The translations under genes were made by a program, and so were the position numbers. From Plasmodiophora brassicae (lineage: Eukaryota): DNA of 64,000 nucleotides. How positions within the stretch are numbered: position 1 is the first letter of the stretch; each line of letters starts with the position of its first letter. This document shows positions 30,528 to 41,432 of the stretch, one piece after another. A model generated the notes under the pieces. The model was not told the origin of the DNA, did not search any database, and saw nothing but the letters and a program-made list of their open reading frames with translations. Where the stretch lies: positions 434,001 to 498,000 of the forward strand of contig CP145415.1 in NCBI GenBank assembly GCA_036867785.1, written 5' to 3'.

Positions 30528-33449
30528 TTATTTGGACTTGCCCATCAAATTTAAAGCCGATCCTGCTTTGAACCATTCAATCTGGCCTTCGTTGAACGTA
30601 TGGTTGACCTTGAACTTAAACTCCTTTCCGTCAGCCTTCTTCACGGCGACATCGAGGGGGACTCCCGGCTTGAAGTTTGCCAGACCAAGGATAGAGATCT
30701 TGTCGGTGCCAGAAATTCGATCATAATCAGCGGGATCCGCAAACGTTAATGGAAGCATGCCCTAGTAGTTGACGAAAGGTTAGAAATGCAGTGCATATAG
30801 GACCATTAATATATCCCCGGACCTGCTTCTTCAAGTTGGTTTCATGAATACGGGCGAACGACTTAACGATAACGGCGCGGCCGCCGAGGAATCGCGGCTC
30901 CAACGCAGCATGCTCACGGGAGCTGCCCTCACCTGCAAGAACAGTCCCATCAGCGGTATAGTTAGCCAAACAACAGAGTAGGCAGGTACCGTAGTTCTCG
31001 TCTCCAATTACAACCCAGTCGATGCCTTTCGCCTTCATCGCCCGGGCAACAGTTGGGACACTGTCGTACACTTCCTTGCCTTCAACAGCATGGTTGCGAA
31101 CTTTGTTGATTTCGCCGTTGTCGTCGTTGACGGCACCAATCAGGCAGTTGTTGCTGATGTTGTCCAAATGACCGCGGTATTTCAACCAAGGGCCCGCCAT
31201 CGAAATGTGGTCGGTCGTGCATTTACCGCGAGCCTTGATGAGCACTCGGGCGTCTGTACACAGGTCGCATTAGACGCCGATTCACAATCGCACGATGAAA
31301 TTGACCTTTGATGTCCTTGCCGTTCCAGGGCGCGAACGGCTTGAGCAGTTGCAATCGATCCGATTTGGGATCAACAACAACTTGGACTTTCGAGCCATCC
31401 GCAGGCGGCTTCTGGAACGTTTCCTCACCGGCGTCAAACCCGCTTTGTGGCAAATCGGAGCCCGTCGGCGGAGAGAATTTGAATGCATTGCCGGAAGCAT
31501 CCTTGAGCGTGTCCGTGATCGGATTGAACGACAGACTTCCAGCGATTGCCATTGCCGTCACAATGTCAGGTGAAGCGACGAAGGCATGCGTGGCGGGGTT
31601 CCCGTCGTTACGCGAGGTGAAGTTCCGGTTGAAAGAAGTAACGATGGAGTTCTTTTCGCCCTTCTTGACATCCTTCCGGTCCCATTGCCCAATGCACGGT
31701 CCGCATGCGTTTGCTAACACAGTGCCTCCGACTTCCTGCAATTCGTACAGCACACGTGTTACACTCGGCTTACGATTACGGGCACCAGGTCTGAACCTAC
31801 CTGAAGAACGGACATCTGACCATCGCGGGCGATCGTAGCACGGACCATCTCGGAACCAGGCGTAATGTTGAAGGGAACGGCCACCTGAAACGGATCTATG
31901 AGCAGACGTTGCTGCGGGCAACACTCCGAATATAAAACCTTGAGGCCATGATCTAGCGCTTGCTGCGCGATAGACGCAGCGCGCGACATGTCTTCGTACG
32001 ACGAGTTCGTGCACGAGCCGATCAGTGCAACACTAAGCTTCTCTGGCCACCCGTTCTTCTTTACCGACGACTTGAATTCATCGATAGGATGCGCCAAGTC
32101 AGGGGTAAACGGACCTGCCATCTTGACGTCAGACAACACGTCCACACGAATAGACGACGTACCAACCGTTGAGGTGCGGCTGCAGAGTGCTCAAATCGAT
32201 CTCAATAACCTGGTCGTACTTGGCACCCTCGTCAGGGACCAGAATGGACGAGTACTTTTCTGCCAGGGATGCCATCTCCTCCCGGCCCGTGCTCTGAAGA
32301 TACGCCAGGTGGCGCTCGTTAAACGGGAACACGGACGTAGTGGCACCGATTTCCGCGCCCATGTTGCAGATGGTCCCCTGGCCGGTACACGAGATGGACT
32401 GCACGCCCTCGCCGAAGTACTCAACGATCGCGCCTGTGCCGCCCTTGACAGTCAGGATACCGGCGACTTTCAGGATAACGTCCTTCGGCGCCGTCCACCC
32501 ATTCAACTTCCCCGTCAGGTGGACACCGATCACCTTGGGAGCCTTCAGCTCCCATGGCAATCCGGCCATGACATCAACGGCATCTGCTCCACCGACGCCA
32601 ATGGCACAAGCGCCCAGACCACCAGCATTAGGAGTATGCGAATCCGTCCCGATCATCAGAAGGCCTAGAGAGAGGGAGTGCGCGTGAATGTTAGCGTCGG
32701 AGATCCTGCAACCATCGGGGATGCCAACCAGGGAATGCATAGTTCTCCAGCAGAATCTGGTGAATGATACCGGAACCAGGACGCCAGAATCCGATGCCGA
32801 ACTTCGCCGATGCCGTACCCAGGAAGTCGTACACTTCCTTGTTCTGCGACTTTGCTCGAGCCAGATCGGCCTTTCCTTCAATCTATGGTGGCATTTGCCC
32901 ATGAGTTAATTGACGGGACGCTGACGCAGGGAGTTCCGAAGGCGGAACGAACCTGCGCCTCAATCAAGTGGTCACAGTGGATCGTCGACGGCACGCGGGT
33001 CTTCGGCAAGCCACTTGACATGAACTGAAGGACGGCCATTTGCGCCGTTGCATCCTGCATGGCCACTCGGTCTGCAATATATCGCATTACACACGAGAAA
33101 TCCCTCTGAACGATCGGAAACGGCACCCACCTGGTCGCAAGCGCAAGTACGATTTGCCGCGTACGATCTCGCCGGCCGTCTCAGGTTCATCCAGGTGCCC
33201 GTACACGATCTTCTCTGCCAGCGTCAGCGGCTGCTTCAGATGCTGCTGGACGACCTCAAGACGATCCGCCATCTTCTGGTACGTGTCTTCCAGCGACGTG
33301 TGCGGCTCGAACTGGCTCAGCGCCACCGACAGCGCCCGGCGCGACAGGCCCTACCCATGCATACGTCAGCAACGATCCCCCGGCCGGGGCGGCTCGTCCT
33401 CGATCTGTACCGCATGCCCGGACAGGAGCCGCAGGCGACGAACTAACAT
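30528..33449 (-). CDS. ACO2: Mitochondrial aconitase, multi-exon
   Basis: Transit-like [86 protein letters not shown]. Confidence 0.96.
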
Positions 33450-33866
33450 CCTCTCCCCCCAAAGGTCGCCAACAAGACGCCCAACCCCGAACGTTGAATG
33501 ATACAAAAACCACCGCCCCGCCCCCCGAAGGATCCAAAAACTCGCCGGCGCCGTCACTGCCTCGCACTGCGCCCACAAGTCACCGGGCGGTCGGCGCCCA
33601 AACTGGGAACCCGTCGCTTGTCACGTAGGCCAAGACGTGCACCGGGCGCCACGTGACTCGCCTGCTGCGCAGCGCCCGGACGCGAGACGACGCAGTTTGC
33701 CCGGGCGGGACCGACGCGGATCTGTGAACGGTACACCATCCGCAAGCGAGGGAGACCATGCCCAGCAGACAAGGCTTGGGTGCCATCTGTATATTCTACA
33801 CGTCATCACCGACGCCCATGCCGTCGCCAGGCTGCCGCCCGGAGCCAGAACTTAGTCGTCCCCGTC

Positions 33867-34787
33867 ATGGATGTCCGCCACGGAGTGCGACACGAGTCGA
33901 TTACCGCTCGGGAATTCCTCGGCCTGACTGGCTGCTGCGTTCGCTGCCCAATGGTCAAGCATGGTATTCCGAAGGTGGGCCTTGCTGTCAGAGCGTTGAG
34001 AAAGGTGTGCCCCCGGAAATTCCGACAGGCTCGGGATAGGCAACCGGATCGCAATCGACCACTGCCGGACGTCGCCATTCGCGTCAAAACGAAGGATCGT
34101 CAACAACTTCGCCGTCCGCATCCGACTGCCGACGTTCCCGGCAAGGGTAACGATGGGCACCAACTTCGTCGTCTAAAATCCATCGCCGTCGTTCGTGTCA
34201 ACAACGATGACATTCCGGTGAAGGTGATTGGTCGCGTCCTGTCGCCCGGGCAATGGATCCCCGACGAGATCGTCAACGCTTATCTGTACCTATGCGCGAA
34301 GAGGTCCTCCCGTCGCATCGTCGCCATCTCCAGTTTCCTGCTGGCGTCTATCACGGAACGTTGGCGCGCACCGAACCGACATCGCTGGACAAGACGCGTT
34401 GACTGGAACGCCGTCGACATTGCACTCGTCCCAATTCACGTCCCGTCTCGCATGCATTGGGTACTTGCCGTCGTGGATATATCCGAACATGCTATATCGG
34501 CGCTGGATTCGTTACCGGGTCAGGCATTGCCCAAGGAGGTCTTTGTCCTGGCGAGGTACATGCGAAGTGAGATGGCGGCGCGAATGGGCGACAAACGCCC
34601 ATGGTCGACCCGGCCGTGGCACTGCGCCGTACCGACCCAGATGAACGGCGATGACTGTGGTGTGTTCGTCTGTGAATTTGCTAGGCGGGTTGCCCTTCGC
34701 CGTCGTATCGATCGTATCAGACCTGACCGAATGGACCGGGTCCGATCCAAGATAAAAGAGGAGCTGCTCGTGCAGCCTGTAATGTAG
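33867..34787 (+). CDS. Ulp1/SENP (peptidase C48) SUMO protease-like, single exon
   Basis: WIPDEIVNAY, VPIH...HWVLAVVD, LDSL, QMNGDDCGVFVC: His-Asp-Cys triad and oxyanion Gln. Confidence 0.85.
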   Translation: MDVRHGVRHESITAREFLGLTGCCVRCPMVKHGIPKVGLAVRALRKVCPRKFRQARDRQPDRNRPLPDVAIRVKTKDRQQLRRPHPTADVPGKGNDGHQLRRLKSIAVVRVNNDDIPVKVIGRVLSPGQWIPDEIVNAYLYLCAKRSSRRIVAISSFLLASITERWRAPNRHRWTRRVDWNAVDIALVPIHVPSRMHWVLAVVDISEHAISALDSLPGQALPKEVFVLARYMRSEMAARMGDKRPWSTRPWHCAVPTQMNGDDCGVFVCEFARRVALRRRIDRIRPDRMDRVRSKIKEELLVQPVM

Positions 34788-35149
34788 AATAATGGGAATA
34801 TGCACGTTATGCGAACACGTATAGGCACGGTTAACCGGTACCATACAGCAATTTTCTCGCACATCATTGAGGAATCGGCCATCAGCCTGGACGAATCGGA
34901 ATAGAGATGTTGCCTGCGTGAGGGCATTCCCACGTTCAGCCCAGGCCGTGCCAAGACCAAGTGTGTTCTTGTCGAATCCATGTTGGCAATTGGAGTTCAG
35001 GTTGCTGTCGGCGCCACCCGCACAGTACCTGACGCGTCAGATCCACGCGGTGTGGGCTTGGGAATGAAGGAACATTCCGTCTCGAACCTGACGAAGACTT
35101 TCGTCGCGTTGACTGCCTGTGCCGCCCGCTGGCGAAGTCAGTCCCAGCG

Positions 35150-35296
35150 TTCATTTCAGGCACTGGCCACATGGGTTTGCAGAGTATTATGCGGTAGGAC
35201 AACATATACTCACGTCCGATTCATTTTCAGGCACTGGCCACATGGGTTTGCAGAGTATTATGCGGTAGGACAACATATACTCACGTCCGATTCATT
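35150..35296. repeat. ~70-bp tandem duplication
   Basis: CAGGCACTGGCCACATGGG...CACGTCCGATTCATT present twice. Confidence 0.9.
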
Positions 35297-35668
35297 GCCT
35301 CATGCCTGTCTGACTAAACTCTTCACATAGACGAAAGGCTGTACCAGAGACATGGTAGACTGCGGCCCGCGGGAGGAACGTCCGCCTGTCGGAACGGGTT
35401 CACACCGCGTCGGTCAGCTGCGTAACGCACGTTGGGTCAGCTCCGGCCGGAGTTCGGGGTACCGTTTGCACCACTGTTCGGCACACTATTTTCGTTCGCA
35501 CCACTGTTCGGCAAACTATTTTAGGTTCGTGATCCAGTGCCCAGTGCCCAGTGGTCCCTGCCCTCCTCACCCGTCGGGCGGCTGCATTCCCAAACGCCGT
35601 CTGTTGCATCCGTTGTGCCAACGCTGTCTGGAGTTTTACCATCAGCGCCGATGCGCCCCGCTACGAGG

Positions 35669-37207
35669 ATGCAGCTGCTGCTTCTGCTTGCCCTGGTCGT
35701 CGTCGACGACGTCGTCCTCGCCATGCCTGGCTTAAGGCACCCGGCTTTCGTGCCGAACGCGATCATGCCCGAAGAGAACGTGTATCGTTCGCAAGGCAGC
35801 GCTGCAAAGTTCCCATCGACGGGCGCCAGCTCGCGACCCCAGTTCACGATGCGTAAAGCCGTCGACGACACCCCTGGCCGGTTGCACCCGGCTTTCATCC
35901 CAGACGCGATCATGCCGAGTGAGGAGAAGACGGTGCGCCGACGTTCGTCGAACAACAACCTCAAGTCTCTCATGCGGGACGGGACCCGTCAGGTCATCAG
36001 CTCGCGATCCCAATTCGCGACACGTATTCCCGCCTCCCGGCCTGGTCTAACGCATCCCGCTTTCGTTCCGGACGCGATCATGTCAAGTGAAGAAGGCGAA
36101 ATGGATCCTCGTCAGTCGGACATCCCAACACTACCCTCAGTGGATGTGGTATTGCCCGAGGACGAGGCCACCGGCTCACAACTCCAGCCCGCCATACGCA
36201 AATCCGGTCAATCTCTCGGATTCGCATCCACGCCATCAATCTTGCCCAACAAGCCTAATGAGCTACACATGGACGTCTCTTCGCGTTGGTTCGCGTTAAA
36301 GGCAACGGTGGTGCTGATGCCGTCGACAATGGGCGTGTATCGTCTGACTTTAGAGAACGTTCAACGGCGTAAACTTCGTCAAGAAACCCCATTCTACCTT
36401 ATGGACAAGCGAATTCGTACGATCCTGGATAGACTTGTCGCTGTCAAAGACGTTGCATTGATCGATGTGCCCGGTGTCGACGTTGTCGCGATCGTTATCA
36501 GGCACCCCAATATCCAGAGGCTGATATATCGTTTAATGGCACCAGTTGGCCTCAAGGACGCGTTAAGGATCCCAGTGGGGCACATTGTCGGCGACGTTTG
36601 GGGCAATGATGTTATCCGCCTCACACAAGCGTCGTCAGTCGACGTCAAATACCAGATATCGCTCTGCTACCCAGTCTCACGCGTTCTGCTGACCTACTCC
36701 TGCCTGTCAAGGCGGTTGTTCATATCGTACTGCCATGTCACCTTCGGCGGACAACCTACCACCCATCATTGGGAGCTGAACGCCACTGAAATCGAATTTG
36801 GCGATCCGGGAGAATTTCTGAAAACGTACCCGAACCGGCACGACATTGAGATTCACCTGTCGTACTGCCCTCTGTCCGAGTCGGGTGTGCACGTGACCAA
36901 GCACTTCGCCATAAACAGGGTATACCAAAAGAACCCGACTAATGCTATGGGGTCGGATGTCATCGGCCAACTGAGGGCCGTCAAGACCGAGATCGATCCT
37001 CAACTTGCCAGGATCGACTATGTCATCCAGGCATTTTCCAGAGCCGGTTTGTCAATGGAGATGCAGGTCAGCGTCGCCGCCAGTGCCAATGGTCCCGAGA
37101 AAACCTTCCGTTCGAGGTGGACCTGGGCCGTTGGGAAGTCCTGGCCCATGGGGAGGTTCTGGCTGGACTTCGCTAATGAAGTATTTCCCGACAGCCCCAC
37201 TGCCTGA
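35669..37207 (+). CDS. Secreted hypothetical protein, paralogue A
   Basis: Signal-peptide-like MQLLLLLALVVV; three HPAF(V/I)P(N/D)AIM repeats; C-terminal region shared with the next gene. Confidence 0.8.
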   Translation: MQLLLLLALVVVDDVVLAMPGLRHPAFVPNAIMPEENVYRSQGSAAKFPSTGASSRPQFTMRKAVDDTPGRLHPAFIPDAIMPSEEKTVRRRSSNNNLKSLMRDGTRQVISSRSQFATRIPASRPGLTHPAFVPDAIMSSEEGEMDPRQSDIPTLPSVDVVLPEDEATGSQLQPAIRKSGQSLGFASTPSILPNKPNELHMDVSSRWFALKATVVLMPSTMGVYRLTLENVQRRKLRQETPFYLMDKRIRTILDRLVAVKDVALIDVPGVDVVAIVIRHPNIQRLIYRLMAPVGLKDALRIPVGHIVGDVWGNDVIRLTQASSVDVKYQISLCYPVSRVLLTYSCLSRRLFISYCHVTFGGQPTTHHWELNATEIEFGDPGEFLKTYPNRHDIEIHLSYCPLSESGVHVTKHFAINRVYQKNPTNAMGSDVIGQLRAVKTEIDPQLARIDYVIQAFSRAGLSMEMQVSVAASANGPEKTFRSRWTWAVGKSWPMGRFWLDFANEVFPDSPTA

Positions 37208-37724
37208 AGCGCCCGCGCAGCACAAATCCTAACATTAGGAGGTTTTCAGTGACCATTGACCCAGACGGTTTGTATACAATACACGCTACTCCTCAAAGGG
37301 TGCCATCATTAGGAACCGCGTCGTTCGCCCGGGTATGTGCTGAGTGGGTGCCCTGACAGCCCAGTGGGGATTAATGACGTCATGGAGTCCATTGCTAAAC
37401 AAAATCGCCGTTCGTACCGAGCGCATGTATCACAGGAGCAATAAACGGCCAAAGCGTTCCGGGGGGACGCCGTTTGTTGCTGGGTCCGGAACGTGGCCCG
37501 TAAGGAACATCTGTTTGGCGCTAGTGGCGCTGCAGAGCAACGTGCCAGACGCGCTGGTCAAACAATGCGTCTGTCGCAAAACACAATGTTGCGACAGTCA
37601 TTCGAGCAGCAACTGCGCCACTGTCGCAACTAGCAGACTGCGAACTTGTGGACGCGTTCGCCGCGTCAATCACTGCGCAGTTTTGATCGCAGCACCGTCG
37701 GAACCGCCATCACGCGTCTGCACC

Positions 37725-38924
37725 ATGACGACGCTGGTGATTCTGCTCGTTCTGGTCATCTGCAACCCCGTCGTTGCCACAGCAGCTGACAAGTTTATAA
37801 CGCAACCGCGCTCTACGCTCAGCTTGCGCCCTGTTGCGGGAGCTAAGGCCAATATCCGTCGGCGATCGTTCAACGTCGCCCCAGAGTTCCCCCTGCTGGA
37901 CACGGTCCCCCAGTTCGACTCGCCAAGCAGGTTCACGGTGACGTCGTCCGGATCCCCACCCGCATCTCCGACGAAGTCCGCGTCCACCTTCAAGGTCATC
38001 GTCTTGCGCAAGGAGCCCGACGACCACATCCTGCACCTAGACGTCTCGTCGCCCTGGTTCACATTGTCCAAGCTGATGGCACCGGCACCGAACGTGCACC
38101 ATTTGACGCTCGACAACGCCCGAGGACACACCCGCGACCTCAATGAACGCATTCGCACCGTCCTGGACAAGATGGGTGGGATCCAGGACGTCACGCTGAT
38201 TGGGGTACCCGGGTTCCACATCGTTCCGAGCGTCGTCGACCACGACAATATCCAGACGATGCGGTCCCTGCTAAAAGCACCGGTTCGCGGCAAGGGTGCG
38301 CTACCGTTCCCGAAGGGTCACGTCCTCGGCGCCGTTTGGGGAAACGACGCTCTTCAGCTGACTGAACAATCTTCCGTTCGTTTGGTCGTCTCCACGCGTA
38401 AAGAGCAGACATGCAAGCTGCTGGCGCCAGCTGTCCTGTCGTACTCCTGCCACACGGGGCGCCTTTTCATATCGTACTGCCAGGTCCTGCTGTTCGGTAC
38501 ACGACGAAGGACGCGCACGTGGGACCTGTCCGCCGATTACGTCTCGTTCGCCGGCGCTGAGACCTTCCTGTCGACGTACTCAAACGTGCACAACGTCGAG
38601 ATCCGCCTGTCGTCCTGTCCGCTGTTCGCAACGCACGTTCACCTGCCGAAGCACTTCGCCAGGAACGTCGTCTACCAGAAGGACCCGATTGACGCCCGTT
38701 ACATCGAGCGTCTGCACGTCCGCATGCCCGAGATCGACCCCGACCAGGCCAGCATCGATTACGCCGTCGTCGAGTCGACGCCATCCGGTTCCGAAATGGA
38801 GATCGAGGTCAGCGTCGACGGCGACCGAATCGTCCGCTCCAAGTGGACATGGTCGAAGGGGCGCTTCCGCATCGCCGACCACGTTGCCGCGAATCGCGTC
38901 AAGCACCAGCGTCGTTACGAATAA
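37725..38924 (+). CDS. Secreted hypothetical protein, paralogue B
   Basis: Signal-peptide-like MTTLVILLVLVICNPVVATA; shares LHxDVSSxWF, RIRTxLD, VWGND, RLFISYC, KHFA, VYQKxP, EIDP and IDY with paralogue A. Confidence 0.8.
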   Translation: MTTLVILLVLVICNPVVATAADKFITQPRSTLSLRPVAGAKANIRRRSFNVAPEFPLLDTVPQFDSPSRFTVTSSGSPPASPTKSASTFKVIVLRKEPDDHILHLDVSSPWFTLSKLMAPAPNVHHLTLDNARGHTRDLNERIRTVLDKMGGIQDVTLIGVPGFHIVPSVVDHDNIQTMRSLLKAPVRGKGALPFPKGHVLGAVWGNDALQLTEQSSVRLVVSTRKEQTCKLLAPAVLSYSCHTGRLFISYCQVLLFGTRRRTRTWDLSADYVSFAGAETFLSTYSNVHNVEIRLSSCPLFATHVHLPKHFARNVVYQKDPIDARYIERLHVRMPEIDPDQASIDYAVVESTPSGSEMEIEVSVDGDRIVRSKWTWSKGRFRIADHVAANRVKHQRRYE

Positions 38925-38931
38925 ACCCAGC

Positions 38932-39783
38932 TCACTGGCTTGTTGTATGCCTAGAGGAATGCGACGTGTTCCAGCCGCCTACGATCGCCGCCAACGCGAC
39001 CAGCGTCAGCAGCCCGCTGGCCACGATGACGATCACCGTCGTCCGAGACGACGCGTCGTCCGCCTTGGCTGGGCGTTGCCCCTGCTGGTCGACCCTGTCG
39101 ACAAGGCGTTCGTAGAGCGCGTCTCTGGCGTTCATGGCAGCGACCCAGGCTCGCCACCGTTTCTGGATCGTCGCGGCGGCCCGCCATCGACGCTCCATCT
39201 CGCCGGCACCGCTCATCTCGCCGATCTGCTTCCGCAGCTGACGGTTCACCCGCGCCATGCACTGGAGCCGGTTGCCGACCCGGTCGACCGCCAGCAGCAG
39301 GTCGCGTAACCGTCCAGGAGCAATGGCGTCGTCGACGTCGTTGTCCCTGGCGATGAGCATCGCGCGCAGCTGGTCGCGCTCGCTGACAACCGCCCTGAGC
39401 TGCTCACGAAGGTCGTCGCCCACGCGCTGTGCCACTGCCAGGCGCTCGCCCAGGGCGACACGCTCGCTCTGGACCGTCTTCAGCATCGACATCAGGAACT
39501 GCTTGTCGCTCTGGTCCGATCGCGACGTCGCCGGCTGCGCCGACGACTGCCGGCGAAACATCCAATCGGGGACGGACGGTGCATTGCCGGAGTGCTTGCG
39601 AAGCGCCGGGACCGGGCGGAACCCGAACGGCGACTGCCGAGGCGGGCGCCGATACTCCAGGCTCGCCGGCGGGATCGGCGCGCGTCGCCCGATCGCATCG
39701 CCGCCGGTGCTCACCGTTAGACCCGCAAGGCGCTGACGACGCGCCTTGTCCGCCGGGTCGGGGCCCGGCGACGTTCCCTGCAT
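38932..39783 (-). CDS. Coiled-coil, IQ-motif, tail-anchored hypothetical protein; start uncertain
   Basis: Heptad-rich region, AAATIQKRWRAW (IQ-like), C-terminal TM VIVIVASGLLTLVALAAIV. Confidence 0.65.
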   Translation of the reverse strand: MQGTSPGPDPADKARRQRLAGLTVSTGGDAIGRRAPIPPASLEYRRPPRQSPFGFRPVPALRKHSGNAPSVPDWMFRRQSSAQPATSRSDQSDKQFLMSMLKTVQSERVALGERLAVAQRVGDDLREQLRAVVSERDQLRAMLIARDNDVDDAIAPGRLRDLLLAVDRVGNRLQCMARVNRQLRKQIGEMSGAGEMERRWRAAATIQKRWRAWVAAMNARDALYERLVDRVDQQGQRPAKADDASSRTTVIVIVASGLLTLVALAAIVGGWNTSHSSRHTTSQ

Positions 39784-40157
39784 TGCATGTGCGGGGATCG
39801 ACCCGTGTACGCTGGGCGGGATATCTCGGCGCCCTGCTGCCGTATCTCCCCGCTCTGGTTCATTTCGACATGCGCGTCGACGCGCCCCTGCGCCTGTGCG
39901 TCGGGCACCGGGCCGCACCCGACGTGCGCGCCCGCGTTAAGTACTTAGCGTCTTAGCGGGGCGGTGCTCTGGCGCCAGTTGTCGTTTATAGACGAGTGCG
40001 TGACGGTGTCGCATGTGGGTGGACGGGGCGCAGCCTCGTGCTAAATGCGGCGCCGTGAGTCCGTGGGCGTCCGACGGGCTGCAGTCGCTCACTGACTATT
40101 TCTGTTGGGTACGCGACGCGCGCAGCACAGTTCGGGGCGGGCGCGCCGGCCACCACC

Positions 40158-41214
40158 ATGGGCAGGAAGAAGATCGTCATCCACCGCATCGATGACCAGA
40201 AGAACCGCGCCGTCACGTTCAACAAGCGCAAGGTCGGCCTGATGAAGGTACGCCCCCGCGGCCGGCGCCCGCCGTCGCCACACGATGTACGGATCTAACG
40301 CGACCGAACAGAAAGCCATCGAGCTCTCCGTCCTCTGCGATTGCGAGGTCGCCGTTATCGTGTTCCACGACAATCATTTATATCAGTACTCGAGCGAGGA
40401 GCCCATCGACGCCACGCTCGAGCGATATTACATGTTCGAGGGGCCGCAGGACACCATCCGCAACGACGACCTCGAGCAACTCATGCCCGGCAAGGCGTCA
40501 TCGTTCAAGGTCGGCGAGACGACACGGAAACGGGCGCGAACCTCTGCCGTCGTCCGGGCCGTCGTCTACGACGACCAGAACAACTCGCAGCAGCAACAGC
40601 AGCAACCGCCACCGCCGCCACCGCAACGTCCGATCTATCATCGTCCGCCGCCGCCCCCGGAATCGTCGCTTCTCTCCAAACGGAATGGTCCTCGTCAACC
40701 GCTGCAGGTCTACATCCCGGAAGCGCCCGCCCACCTGCCGGAAGTGGCCGTCCAGGAAATGGGGCCACCGGGCGGATCGAACGCCACGCCGCTGTTCTCG
40801 CCCCAGGCGCATTACGTGTCGCAGACGACGTCGTTCATGCCGTCGCGTATCTGGACGACCACCGGCCAGCAGTCGCACCTGCCGCCGCTGATGCCCGACC
40901 AGCACCTGAATCCCTGGTCGCAGCAGCCGGTCACGTCACCGTCGCCGTTCGGGCAGCCCCCTTCGTATCCCATGCCGCTTGCCACGCCGACCTTGTCGCC
41001 GTTCGCGCCGCATGCGACGTTCGCCCATGGGTTCGCGTCGTCCGCCGGCGGGTCACCATCGTACAACACGGCGGCGCACGAGTACCCGCAGCTGCACCAT
41101 CATCACCTGCCCTCGGCACCGGCGGCGCAGCAGTACGTGTCGAAACAGGATGCGGTCGACGCCGGCGACGAACACCACAGCTATGGCACGGGCGTTCAGG
41201 AGCAGCACTCATGA
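40158..41214 (+). CDS. MADS-box transcription factor (MEF2-like), 2 exons
   Basis: MGRKKIVIHRIDDQKNRAVTFNKRKVGLMK / KAIELSVLCDCEVAVIVF...LYQYSS, then a Gln/Pro-rich tail. Confidence 0.92.
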
Positions 41215-41432
41215 TGCCTCCCACCTCAATCCATATAATCGCGCCCGTTCCTGATAGTACACCCAGAGCTGTGTGCGCGCCACTGTCGCATCGACGTAGT
41301 ACCGCGCACTCGCGGACTGCGCGACTGCCGACCTGCACCCGGCTTCGGGGTTTTGGAACGCCCGAACACCACCATTTGAGGCGATAATAATCATGACGAT
41401 CGTTTTAGTCGGGTGGGGCGGCGGCCGCACGC

